A DNA stretch of 64,000 nucleotides, taken from IMG/VR virus record IMGVR_UViG_3300017716_002595, positions 32,001 through 96,000 of that record, one strand, 5' to 3'. This stretch comes from a virus. The notes below the pieces were generated by a model, which was not told where the DNA came from, ran no database searches, and was given only the letters and a program-made list of their open reading frames with translations. The position numbers and the translations under genes were made by a program. Below, piece by piece: positions 19,521-28,426 of this stretch (positions are counted from its first letter, which is position 1; every line of letters begins with the position of its first letter).

Positions 19521-20501
19521 ATGAGAGACATTACAAAAGAAAGAGTAGTTTACAAGCCATTCGAATACCCCGAAGCACATGATTATTGGTTAAAACAGCA
19601 ACAAGCACATTGGTTACATACAGAAGTTCCTATGATGTCTGATGTAAATGATTGGAAGCAAAATTTATTAGAAACTGAAAAAAATATTATTGGTTCTATT
19701 TTAAAAGGTTTCGCACAAACAGAAACAGTAGTAAATGATTACTGGACAAATTTAGTAACATCTTGGTTTAGAAAACCAGAAATTATTAAAATGGCTGTTA
19801 CTTTTGGAGCATTTGAAACTATTCATGCTGAAGCTTATTCATTATTAAATGAAGAATTAGGACTAGATAATTTTTCTGAATTTTTAGAAGATGAAGCTAC
19901 AATGGCTAAGATTCAGGGATTAATGGATGTAAGAGATTCACACAATGGTGAAGTTGATTGGAGTAAAAGAGCAAAATCATTAGCTATATTTTCAGCATTC
20001 ACTGAAGGAGTTAATTTATTTTCATCATTTGCAATTTTATTGTCTTTTAAATTAAGAAATTTATTAAAGGGAGTAGGACAGATTGTAGAATGGTCAATTA
20101 GAGATGAATCATTACATTCAGAAGCAGGATGTTGGTTATTTAGACAATTAATGTTAGAAAAACCAGAATTAAACACACCTGAACTAAAAAAATCAATTGA
20201 AGAAGCAGCTTTATTATCTTTAAAATTAGAATTAGACTTTATTGATAAAGTTTATGAAATGGGAGATTTAGATGGTTGTTCAAAATATGATTTAGTTAGC
20301 TTTATTAAATATAGAGTTAACACTAAAATGCAAGATTTAGGTTACGAGTCTATAGTAAATGGAATTGATGATGCTTCAATAAAAAGAATGAAATGGTTTG
20401 ATAGTTTATCAGCTGGTAAACAACATACAGATTTCTTCGCATCAAGAGTAACAAATTATTCAAAAGGAGTTCAAAACTGGGACGCAAACGATTTATTTTA
20501 A
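19521..20501 (+). CDS. nrdB: class I ribonucleotide reductase beta subunit
   Basis: ETIHAEAY, EGVNLFSSF, RDESLH, DFFA.RVTNY. Confidence 0.95.
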   Translation: MRDITKERVVYKPFEYPEAHDYWLKQQQAHWLHTEVPMMSDVNDWKQNLLETEKNIIGSILKGFAQTETVVNDYWTNLVTSWFRKPEIIKMAVTFGAFETIHAEAYSLLNEELGLDNFSEFLEDEATMAKIQGLMDVRDSHNGEVDWSKRAKSLAIFSAFTEGVNLFSSFAILLSFKLRNLLKGVGQIVEWSIRDESLHSEAGCWLFRQLMLEKPELNTPELKKSIEEAALLSLKLELDFIDKVYEMGDLDGCSKYDLVSFIKYRVNTKMQDLGYESIVNGIDDASIKRMKWFDSLSAGKQHTDFFASRVTNYSKGVQNWDANDLF

Positions 20502-20504
20502 TAT

Positions 20505-22220
20505 ATGGACAACAATAGTTTAATAGCAGATTACACGCAATGGGAAAGGGGTAAAGATTATCCTGAATATTTCGACGAAATATCATTAGCAACAATTAGC
20601 AAGGGATACTTGCTACCTGGAGAAACACCTAGAAAAGCATACAGAAGAGTAGCAATTGCTACTGCGACAAGATTAAACCGACCTGATTTAGAGAATAAAT
20701 TCTTTAAAATATTATGGAATGGTTGGTTAGGATTAGCATCTCCTGTATTATCAAACATGGGTACAGATAGAGGTTTACCTATTTCATGTTTTGGTGTAGA
20801 TACACCGGATTCTATACGAGGAATCGGTTTAACTAACGCAGAACTAATGAAATTGACATCTGTTGGTGGAGGAGTAGGTATTAGTTTATCTCGCATTAGA
20901 CCACGTGGAAGAGAAATTAAAGGTAATGGTAAATCTGAAGGAGTAGTACCATGGGCTAAAATTTATGACTCAACTATTATCGCTACTAATCAGGGTAATG
21001 TTAGAAGAGGAGCAGCATCTGTTAATTTAGATATTAACCATGCAGATATTGATGAATTCTTAGAAATCAGAAGACCAAAAGGAGATCCAAATAGACAATG
21101 TTTAAATTTACATCAATGTGTTGTTGTAGATGATGTGTTTATGAGAAAATTAGAATCAAGAGATCAACCATCAATGGAGCGTTGGGCTAAGATTTTAAAA
21201 GCTAGAATGGAAACTGGAGAACCATATATTATGTTTAAGGATAATGTAAATAAAGCAAATCCTATTGCTTACATGATGCATAATCTTGATGTTTCAATGA
21301 CTAACATTTGTACTGAAATTACTCTTCATACAGATGAAGAACATTCATTTATTTGTTGTTTATCTTCATTAAATTTAGCTAAGTATGATGAATGGAAAGA
21401 TACAGACACCGTTCAATTATCTATTTACTTTTTAGATGGGGTAATGCAAGAATTTATTGAAAAAACAAGTGGTAAAGAAAGTATGACTAGAACAAATGCT
21501 CACGCTAAAAAAGGTAGAGCATTAGGATTAGGAGTAATGGGGTGGCATACATTCCTACAACAAAAAGGATTACCATTTAATTCAATTGCTTCAACTGCTC
21601 ACACTCACAATATCTTTAGTAAAATTAAAAACGAAGCAGAAGCTGCATCTCGTCAATTAGCTGTAGAATATGGAGAACCATTATGGTGTCGTGGAACTGG
21701 TATGCGTAATACGCATTTACTTGCGATAGCTCCGACGGTATCTAACAGTGTCATAACAGGCGGTATTTCAGCAGGAATTGAGCCGTTACCCGCAAATATT
21801 TACACATTTAATGGTGCTAAAGGTACATTTATTCGTAAAAATAAGGTATTAGAAAACTTATTAGAAGAAAAAGGTCAAAATAAAGATAAATACTGGGATC
21901 AAATGTTAAGAGATAATGGTAGTGTTTTAGGTTTACCTGACACTATATTATCACCAGATGAAAAAGAATTATTTTTAACATTCCCTGAAATTAATCAGTT
22001 AGAATTAGTTAGACAAGCAGCAATTAGACAAAGATATATTGATCAAACTCAATCTTTAAATCTATCATTTGATCCTCAAGATTCACCAAAATGGATTAAC
22101 CAGGTTCATATGGAAGCTCATAAATTAGGAATTAAAACATTATATTATTTAAGAACTGATTCAGTAATTAAAGGTGATTTAGGATCACGTCAAGCTGAAT
22201 GCGTAAGTTGTGAAGGTTAA
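20505..22220 (+). CDS. nrdA: class I ribonucleotide reductase alpha subunit (no ATP cone)
   Basis: ISCF, GGGVG, NICTEI, CCLSSLN, AIAPTVS, KTLYY, C-terminal CVSCEG. Confidence 0.95.
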   Translation: MDNNSLIADYTQWERGKDYPEYFDEISLATISKGYLLPGETPRKAYRRVAIATATRLNRPDLENKFFKILWNGWLGLASPVLSNMGTDRGLPISCFGVDTPDSIRGIGLTNAELMKLTSVGGGVGISLSRIRPRGREIKGNGKSEGVVPWAKIYDSTIIATNQGNVRRGAASVNLDINHADIDEFLEIRRPKGDPNRQCLNLHQCVVVDDVFMRKLESRDQPSMERWAKILKARMETGEPYIMFKDNVNKANPIAYMMHNLDVSMTNICTEITLHTDEEHSFICCLSSLNLAKYDEWKDTDTVQLSIYFLDGVMQEFIEKTSGKESMTRTNAHAKKGRALGLGVMGWHTFLQQKGLPFNSIASTAHTHNIFSKIKNEAEAASRQLAVEYGEPLWCRGTGMRNTHLLAIAPTVSNSVITGGISAGIEPLPANIYTFNGAKGTFIRKNKVLENLLEEKGQNKDKYWDQMLRDNGSVLGLPDTILSPDEKELFLTFPEINQLELVRQAAIRQRYIDQTQSLNLSFDPQDSPKWINQVHMEAHKLGIKTLYYLRTDSVIKGDLGSRQAECVSCEG

Positions 22221-22221
22221 T

Positions 22222-22404
22222 ATGGATACATCAAATAAAATACTAAAATATTTGGAGACTGTTGAAAAAGATATTAAATTTATAGAAGAACAGATAAAAG
22301 CCAATCCAAATAATATAACACAATATGAAGAACAACTAGATTCGCTTTTAGCGAATTTAGGTTCTGAATTATTATTACTAAGTAAAGAAGAAGAAACAGA
22401 ATAA
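22222..22404 (+). CDS. hypothetical protein
   Basis: 60-aa helical ORF starting right after the nrdA stop. Confidence 0.45.
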   Translation: MDTSNKILKYLETVEKDIKFIEEQIKANPNNITQYEEQLDSLLANLGSELLLLSKEEETE

Positions 22405-22407
22405 GTT

Positions 22408-22917
22408 ATGGGAAAGTACCAATCAACAAAATTATTCGATAACTACTCAGTAGCTATCAGACAATGGAAAGCACAACATTCACACTGTCAATTATTACAC
22501 GGTTATGCATTAGAATTCAAAGTATGGTTTGAATCAATTGAACCTTTAGAGGAAAATCAATTAGATGAAATGAACTGGATTATGGATTATGGTGGATTTA
22601 AACCACTTCCAAAAGGAGGAGAATCAGTCGAAGAATTAAAGAAAACCGGTAACGGTTTAAAAGATTGGATGGACTATATGTGGGACCACACTCTATTAAT
22701 TGAGAAAGATGACCCACAATTAGAAACATTCCAATATATGCAAGAATTAGGATTATGTCATTTACGAGTTATGGATAAAATTGGAGCTGAATCAGCTGCT
22801 AAAATGGTTTATGACAAGTTTAATGATGTAATGTCTAAGAGTGGTGGTGGTAGAGTAAAAGTAGTAAAAGTAGAGTGTTGGGAAGCACCTAAAAATTCAA
22901 GTATTTACCAAGAATAA
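22408..22917 (+). CDS. queD: 6-carboxy-5,6,7,8-tetrahydropterin synthase
   Basis: HCQLLHGY, MDYG, WDHTLL, GAE, VECWE.PKNS. Confidence 0.9.
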   Translation: MGKYQSTKLFDNYSVAIRQWKAQHSHCQLLHGYALEFKVWFESIEPLEENQLDEMNWIMDYGGFKPLPKGGESVEELKKTGNGLKDWMDYMWDHTLLIEKDDPQLETFQYMQELGLCHLRVMDKIGAESAAKMVYDKFNDVMSKSGGGRVKVVKVECWEAPKNSSIYQE

Positions 22918-22925
22918 ATTATATT

Positions 22926-23177
22926 ATGAAAAAAGTCATTAGATTTACAGCAGCATGGTGTGGACCATGTAAATTATTTGCTCCTACATTTAACCAAGTA
23001 GCAGCAGAAACTTCAGGAGTACAATTTGAAACAGTTGATGTTGATTCAGGACATCAATCTATTATGGAAAATGGAATTAGAAACGTTCCTACTACTGTAG
23101 TAATTGAAGCAAATGGTACTATAAGAAAACAAAGTGGAAACATGAGTGCAAGCGCACTAAAAGCCTTTATTGGATAA
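22926..23177 (+). CDS. trxA: thioredoxin
   Basis: WCGPC active site and VPT cis-Pro. Confidence 0.92.
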   Translation: MKKVIRFTAAWCGPCKLFAPTFNQVAAETSGVQFETVDVDSGHQSIMENGIRNVPTTVVIEANGTIRKQSGNMSASALKAFIG

Positions 23178-23965
23178 TGAAAATATCACACGAATTACCG
23201 TTATCATTACTTCCATATAGTTTTGGGTGGAATGATTATGAGTACTGTTTACCTCACTTATTAGATAAACATAGTGATTATAGACAATTTTTCTTAGATT
23301 CAAGAGAAAGAAATCGTTTTATTATTATGGATAATGGGTTATTTGAAGGTGTAACACACACAACTCAAGACCTATTAGAAAAAATCAATTTAATCGAACC
23401 AGATATCTTTATTGTACCTGATGAATGGAATGATAAAGCAATAACGGCTAAAAATGCTAAACATTGGTTACAATATGACTTACCAGAACGCACTAACTTA
23501 ATGATAGTGATGCAAGGTAGAACTATAAGTGAAATGCATCAATTATACCAACAGTGTGTTGATTTAGGTTATACTCACTTCGCATTTAATCATTCTTCTG
23601 TATTATATCAAGAATTATGCCCTACAGAAAATAAACTAGCTAATCAAACAGTTGGAAGGGTATTACTTTTAGAAAATATGAAAGATGAAAAATTAATTAA
23701 ACCACATCACTATATCCATTTACTAGGATGTTCGGTACCTCAAGAATTTACTCACTACAGAGATAATTGGGAACCAGGAATGATTAATTCAGTAGATACT
23801 TCAAACCCAATTATATGTGGTGCCTTAGGTATTAGATATGATGAAGTAGGTTTATTAGAAAAACCATCAAACAAAATTGAAGAATTTATGGAGTCTAATT
23901 TAGATGAACAATTAGAAGACATCAAATATAATATACAAGGCTTTAAAAACTTCTGCAATAAATAG
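23177..23965 (+). CDS. dpdA: TGT-fold 7-deazaguanine transglycosylase-like protein (DpdA-like)
   Basis: IMDNGLFE (cf. DSGxF), VPD, VMQG, IHLLG and SVDTS TGT motifs; lies between queD and queC. Confidence 0.7.
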   Translation: MKISHELPLSLLPYSFGWNDYEYCLPHLLDKHSDYRQFFLDSRERNRFIIMDNGLFEGVTHTTQDLLEKINLIEPDIFIVPDEWNDKAITAKNAKHWLQYDLPERTNLMIVMQGRTISEMHQLYQQCVDLGYTHFAFNHSSVLYQELCPTENKLANQTVGRVLLLENMKDEKLIKPHHYIHLLGCSVPQEFTHYRDNWEPGMINSVDTSNPIICGALGIRYDEVGLLEKPSNKIEEFMESNLDEQLEDIKYNIQGFKNFCNK

Positions 23966-23996
23966 TTGGAAAACTAATATAAATTTATTATATTTA
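23966..23996 (+). promoter_or_regulatory. Bacteroidota-type promoter
   Basis: TTG-N20-TATATTTA. Confidence 0.75.
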
Positions 23997-24016
23997 CATA
24001 AATAAAATTAAACGTT

Positions 24017-24160
24017 ATGAGCAAAACATCTGCAAAAAGTAAGTACGAGCAATTAATGGCTTGGCTACCAACTTTAGGACAATCTAAAAAGTCTAAAGTA
24101 GAAAAACAATCCACAAAATTCAGCAAAGCTGATTATTATAAAGAAAGAGGAGCTAAATAA
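24017..24160 (+). CDS. small basic hypothetical protein (47 aa)
   Basis: MSKTSAKSKYEQLMAWLPTL...; directly after a promoter, GTTATG start context; absent from the ORF track. Confidence 0.6.
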   Translation: MSKTSAKSKYEQLMAWLPTLGQSKKSKVEKQSTKFSKADYYKERGAK

Positions 24161-24333
24161 TGATTGAAGCATTAAGACATGCTTTTGGTCTTTGTGGAGA
24201 ACATTGGCACCCTAACATACTAAATATATCAGCCGCTTCTTTAGGATTTGTAGGATTATCTTCATATATTAAATACAAGTTTAACATTTTAAAAAGTTAT
24301 GTAACATGGAACAAGAACAAAAACCGTACATGA
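24160..24333 (+). CDS. small membrane protein (57 aa)
   Basis: MIEALRHAFGLCGEHWHPNILNISAASLGFVGL...; TAATG coupling to the previous ORF. Confidence 0.55.
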   Translation: MIEALRHAFGLCGEHWHPNILNISAASLGFVGLSSYIKYKFNILKSYVTWNKNKNRT

Positions 24334-24569
24334 TGTCTCTTTATGAGTATCTAGGTAAAGCTGCTGGATCTGAATTAGGTAAAGAAGTAGCAGAAACTGC
24401 TGTAAAGTTAAAAGAAACTATACATAAAAAGTATATAGAAAATACTCGTTATAAAGGGGAAATATTAATGTATCGTAGAGAATTTCTTGATACTTACTTC
24501 GGGAATATAGTATATGAGGGTGAAGTAAAACCTTCTAATGGAGATCCTGAAAATTATGTTCAATTATAA
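24306..24569 (+). CDS. hypothetical protein
   Basis: SLYEYLGKAAG.ELG..V...Y.G.I..Y..EFLD.YF. Confidence 0.6.
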   Translation: MEQEQKPYMMSLYEYLGKAAGSELGKEVAETAVKLKETIHKKYIENTRYKGEILMYRREFLDTYFGNIVYEGEVKPSNGDPENYVQL

Positions 24570-24622
24570 TAATAACGTTTGCCTATACGTTTCAAATACC
24601 TGGTACAAATAAAAAATAAATT

Positions 24623-25573
24623 ATGTCTAAAAAACATGTTGTAGTATCCTTAAGTGGAGGAATGGACTCAAGTACATTATTACTTAGATGTCTAAAAGAA
24701 TATGATAGTGTAACAGCTATTTCATTTGACTATGGTCAAAAACATAGTGTAGAGCTACAAAGAGCTCAATCATTGGTAGATTATGTTAATTCTACTTTAA
24801 GTAATTTAAGTTTTGAAGAAAAAGTTCAATGGGTTATGAAAAACCGAGATATTGAATTAGAAAACTTAGCTATTACTGAAGCAGCATCAAATTTATCTCC
24901 TATTACTTATCGTCAAATCCAATTAAATGGGTTAGTTGATTTATTAGATTCAGCCTTAGTAACAGGAGGTGAAGATGTACCAGAAGGTCATTATGCAGAA
25001 GATAATATGAAAGCAACAGTTGTTCCTAACAGAAACAAAATATTTGCTTCTATTACTCAAGCAGTAGCCTTATCAATTGCAAATCGTACAGGAGAGAATT
25101 GTGATATTGCTTTAGGTATTCACGCTGGAGATCATGCTATCTATCCAGACTGTAGACAAGAATTTAGAGATGCAGATGATGCAGCTTTTAGAATTGGAAA
25201 CTGGGAAGCTGAAAGAGTAGGTTATTTTACACCTTACTTAGAAGGAGATAAATTTACTATCCTTCAAGACGGAGAAGTGTTATGTAAAGAGTTGTACTTA
25301 GACTTTGATGAAGTTTATAAAAGAACTAATACATCTTACAAACCAATCCTTCTAGATATTGAAACTACATATTCAAAAGATGGAGTAACTTATTGGGATA
25401 ATAAAAAAGAATGGTTTTCAGATTATAAATCAGCTTCATCAGTTGAAAGAGTAGAAGCATTTATTAAATTAGGAAGACCTGATCCAGCTCCTTACGCAGA
25501 CGAAACAGGACCAGTAACATGGGAATATGTAGTAACAGAAGTAACAAAAGTATTAGATAATCATAATAAATAA
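24623..25573 (+). CDS. queC: 7-cyano-7-deazaguanine (preQ0) synthase
   Basis: SGGMDS, FDYGQKH, TVVPNRN, HAGDHAIYPDCR. Confidence 0.93.
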   Translation: MSKKHVVVSLSGGMDSSTLLLRCLKEYDSVTAISFDYGQKHSVELQRAQSLVDYVNSTLSNLSFEEKVQWVMKNRDIELENLAITEAASNLSPITYRQIQLNGLVDLLDSALVTGGEDVPEGHYAEDNMKATVVPNRNKIFASITQAVALSIANRTGENCDIALGIHAGDHAIYPDCRQEFRDADDAAFRIGNWEAERVGYFTPYLEGDKFTILQDGEVLCKELYLDFDEVYKRTNTSYKPILLDIETTYSKDGVTYWDNKKEWFSDYKSASSVERVEAFIKLGRPDPAPYADETGPVTWEYVVTEVTKVLDNHNK

Positions 25574-25577
25574 GATT

Positions 25578-25919
25578 ATGGACAAAACAGTAAGCAGTCT
25601 CACAATTTCAGGTATATCCACTATAAACGGATATTCAGGAACAACACTTAACACAAATTTAAACGGAACAAATAACACATACTTAACAGATTACACATTT
25701 AATCCAAATAACATGACACCAAAACAAGTACACGTAGCAGTATTCACAATCAAAAGAGATAAAGATACAAATGAAATCAATTCAACAACATTTGTAAAAG
25801 AATTATGGGTTGAGCAAAAGAACGGAACATCAATTGATTTACTAGTTGCTAAAAAATTAGATAAAGATTTTGATCCAGAAACAACTATTATTAAAGTACT
25901 TTCAACAGTAAGTTTCTAA
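25578..25919 (+). CDS. hypothetical protein
   Basis: 113-aa ORF, Thr/Asn-rich N-terminus. Confidence 0.5.
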   Translation: MDKTVSSLTISGISTINGYSGTTLNTNLNGTNNTYLTDYTFNPNNMTPKQVHVAVFTIKRDKDTNEINSTTFVKELWVEQKNGTSIDLLVAKKLDKDFDPETTIIKVLSTVSF

Positions 25920-25927
25920 TAAAAAGT

Positions 25928-25958
25928 TTGGAGAACCAAAAAATTATTCATATATTGA
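25928..25958 (+). promoter_or_regulatory. Bacteroidota-type promoter
   Basis: TTG-N20-TATATTGA. Confidence 0.7.
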
Positions 25959-25980
25959 ATTAACTTAAAAAAATAAAATC

Positions 25981-26142
25981 ATGAAAAAAGTATTTTTAGT
26001 ATTAGCATTAGTAGCTGGTTTAACAGTTACAAGTTGTAAACAAGCAGGAACAGCTGAAACATCAACAGTAGACTCAACAGAGGTAGCGGTTGATTCAGTT
26101 CAAGTAGATTCAACATCAGTTGACACTACAATAGTAGAATAA
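25981..26142 (+). CDS. small Bacteroidota-type lipoprotein (53 aa) with VDS/VDT repeats
   Basis: MKKVFLVLALVAGLTVTSC lipobox, then KQAGTAETSTVDSTEVAVDSVQVDSTSVDTTIVE; absent from the ORF track. Confidence 0.8.
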   Translation: MKKVFLVLALVAGLTVTSCKQAGTAETSTVDSTEVAVDSVQVDSTSVDTTIVE

Positions 26143-26150
26143 ATTACCAA

Positions 26151-26237
26151 GAATCGGTTAGTGTAATCAGTGTAATGCTGGCAGAGGGTAACACCGCTTC
26201 TATGCGGGATGAGGGTTCGAGTCCCTCACCGATTCCA
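26151..26237 (+). ncRNA. aberrant tRNA-like element
   Basis: Acceptor AATCGGT/ACCGATT + CCA, T-arm GAGGG-TTCGAGT-CCCTC, D-stem GTGT/ACAC with an oversized loop; anticodon arm only 3-4 bp with a 6-nt loop. Confidence 0.75.
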
Positions 26238-26246
26238 AATTTTAAG

Positions 26247-26605
26247 ACTACCGTTCTTTGAAATAAAACTTATAAATTATGGAACAAATTTTAGCATTTG
26301 TTTTAGGTGTTAGTGGAGCTCTTCTTGTATGGGGAGTTGTGGTAGCGTTTAAGACAGCAAAGTTAGCAAAACAAAATGAACAAAGTATTCTAAATATAGA
26401 ACAATGGGTTCATAGAAACGATGAATTAGTAAATCGTAGAATTGATCAAGAAATTGATCGAGTAGATCGTCTACATCAAGACAGTATTTCATTTACTGAC
26501 TCTAGAGTAGATAAATTAGAAGCAAAAATCTTATTAGTTGATAAGGATGGTTGTGAACCAACTAAAAAATTATTAAAAGGATAAATTAACCCAAAGAACG
26601 GTAGT
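26247..26605. repeat. 14-bp perfect inverted repeat enclosing ORF 26279-26584
   Basis: ACTACCGTTCTTTG (26247-26260) / CAAAGAACGGTAGT (26592-26605). Confidence 0.9.
26279..26584 (+). CDS. membrane protein, N-terminal TM helix plus coiled coil
   Basis: ILAFVLGVSGALLVWGVVVAF followed by a heptad region (DSRVDKLE). Confidence 0.7.
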   Translation: MEQILAFVLGVSGALLVWGVVVAFKTAKLAKQNEQSILNIEQWVHRNDELVNRRIDQEIDRVDRLHQDSISFTDSRVDKLEAKILLVDKDGCEPTKKLLKG

Positions 26606-26637
26606 AAAAATATTATTAATTTAAAATCAGAGTTATT

Positions 26638-26865
26638 ATGACAAAAAGAACAAAAACCAAACAATTGAACAGAACAGCTAAATTAGCTTTCTACATGGCT
26701 CGTCAACAAAAAGGTGACAACACTACTTTAGCAGAACAAACAGGATTTACTCCTAGCTTTGTTAGTTATGTTAAAAGAGGACAAAGAAGAATAAATGAAA
26801 CATTAGCAACTGCTATGTATGATTTATCTAAAAAAAGAGTAAAAAACAGTGTTTTAAGCGCATAG
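26638..26865 (+). CDS. XRE-like helix-turn-helix DNA-binding protein
   Basis: TTLAEQTGFTPSFVSYVKRGQRRI. Confidence 0.7.
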   Translation: MTKRTKTKQLNRTAKLAFYMARQQKGDNTTLAEQTGFTPSFVSYVKRGQRRINETLATAMYDLSKKRVKNSVLSA

Positions 26866-26867
26866 TT

Positions 26868-27056
26868 ATGGGACACCACTTAATCGATGATGCTTTAGAA
26901 AATCAAGAACAATTAGAATTAGTTTCTTATAGTGAAGAATTAGGTATGATTGATTATGTTAAAGTATCATACCATACTATCTTAACTACTCCTAACGATG
27001 CTGAATTAGGAGAATTAGTGAGAAATACATTACACAAATTGCAAAAAAATAGATAA
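26868..27056 (+). CDS. hypothetical protein
   Basis: TPNDAELGELVR motif. Confidence 0.55.
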   Translation: MGHHLIDDALENQEQLELVSYSEELGMIDYVKVSYHTILTTPNDAELGELVRNTLHKLQKNR

Positions 27057-27074
27057 ATTTTTATATTTATCGAT

Positions 27075-28349
27075 ATGAAACTTGGTCTGCAACATATCAA
27101 AAAATGGTTATACCCCCTTATTCTCACTATAGGGGGTATTTTTTTGTCCTATGGACAAAATTTTACATACTCTGGCTACATTTATGGAACCAAAGAAATA
27201 GGAGTACAAGGGATAGCAGTAAAATTATTCACTAGAACATCAGGTAATTCAGCTGTAACAGCAGGATCAGAACAATTCGGTGTTACTAATGGATCTACAT
27301 TTCTAGCTCGAAATGTATTTAATGCCTCTCCAAACAACAGTACAACCTATAACTATATTACTACAAACGCTTTTATAGTAACTACTGCTGCTGGATCAGC
27401 AACAATAGCTCCATTTTCATCAAACATACCTGCTAATAGAAATAGAGGAACATCTGTATTGTATTCTTCTCAAGCAGATGAAGCTTCAGTAGCTATAACA
27501 CTCCCTGCAGGATTTACAACTTCTTTCTTAGGAAGCACTTATTCAAGTGGACACGTAAATGCAAACTCTTGGTTTACTTTTGGAACGGCAAATAGTAGTG
27601 GGTATCAAGGAAATGCAACAAACCCACCAGCGCCTACAATTCACATAGGATCCGTTGATAATAGTTTTTCGGATAATAATATGACGTTTGTATCAACTGA
27701 AGCATATACTGATCCTTTTTGGGGAGATGTATTTAGAGTGAGATATGAAGGTAATTCAAAATATACCCAATCAGGAGTTGATACTATTTGGGATTTATAT
27801 TTTGTAAAAAATCAGCCTAATATAAAATTAGTAGTTTGGAGACAATTCGTAACAGATGGTTCTAGTACAAGTATATCAGGAACACCCGCAGGACCTTGGA
27901 CTTTAAACACAACATCTACAACAAACACATCAGGGTATTATAATTTTAATACTGCGTTAAGCACAACATCAAATGAGTTTTATATTCAAATAGATACACC
28001 AACATTAACTAACGCATTAGCTGTATTAGATGCTACTGATAGTAATAATAAAGTATTAAATGGTGGATTAACTTCTTTAGATTATTATAGATATGATGTT
28101 AACAATACTAATAATATAACAGTATCTGATGTATATTCAATTTTTATGAGACGAAACGGAGTATTACCATCTTATAGTGGAACATTACCCGTATTAAGAA
28201 TATTTACACCCGTAGAATTTAACGCTTTAAAAACATCGACTACAGATTTAAGAACAACGTATCCTGGAGTACAATCAATAACAATAAATAATCCAACATC
28301 TGGTGGAACTTCTAATTACTATATAACACGATTAGGGTATAGTAATTAA
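27075..28349 (+). CDS. secreted protein with nidogen-like beta domain and C-terminal dockerin-like domain
   Basis: Signal peptide ending SYG|Q; DEASVAITLP.GF..SFLG.TYS..HVNANSWFTFG; Ca-loop YDVNNTNNITVSD. Confidence 0.65.
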   Translation: MKLGLQHIKKWLYPLILTIGGIFLSYGQNFTYSGYIYGTKEIGVQGIAVKLFTRTSGNSAVTAGSEQFGVTNGSTFLARNVFNASPNNSTTYNYITTNAFIVTTAAGSATIAPFSSNIPANRNRGTSVLYSSQADEASVAITLPAGFTTSFLGSTYSSGHVNANSWFTFGTANSSGYQGNATNPPAPTIHIGSVDNSFSDNNMTFVSTEAYTDPFWGDVFRVRYEGNSKYTQSGVDTIWDLYFVKNQPNIKLVVWRQFVTDGSSTSISGTPAGPWTLNTTSTTNTSGYYNFNTALSTTSNEFYIQIDTPTLTNALAVLDATDSNNKVLNGGLTSLDYYRYDVNNTNNITVSDVYSIFMRRNGVLPSYSGTLPVLRIFTPVEFNALKTSTTDLRTTYPGVQSITINNPTSGGTSNYYITRLGYSN

Positions 28350-28426
28350 CTATCATATTTATCTATAGACATGAAAGTGTAAAAACACCTGGTTTTTGAA
28401 TTAATAATTACTTAAACAAAAAAGAA

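Noticed and set aside
26195-26206. Amber suppressor tRNA (CUA) or stop-codon recoding
   Set aside because: The anticodon arm is not canonical, and TAG acts as a real stop (3969, 4210, 18074, 34163) with no genes fragmented by in-frame TAG
26247-26605. Inverted repeats as IS/MITE ends or invertible-segment sites
   Set aside because: No transposase or recombinase nearby, no target-site duplication, and the two repeat pairs share no sequence
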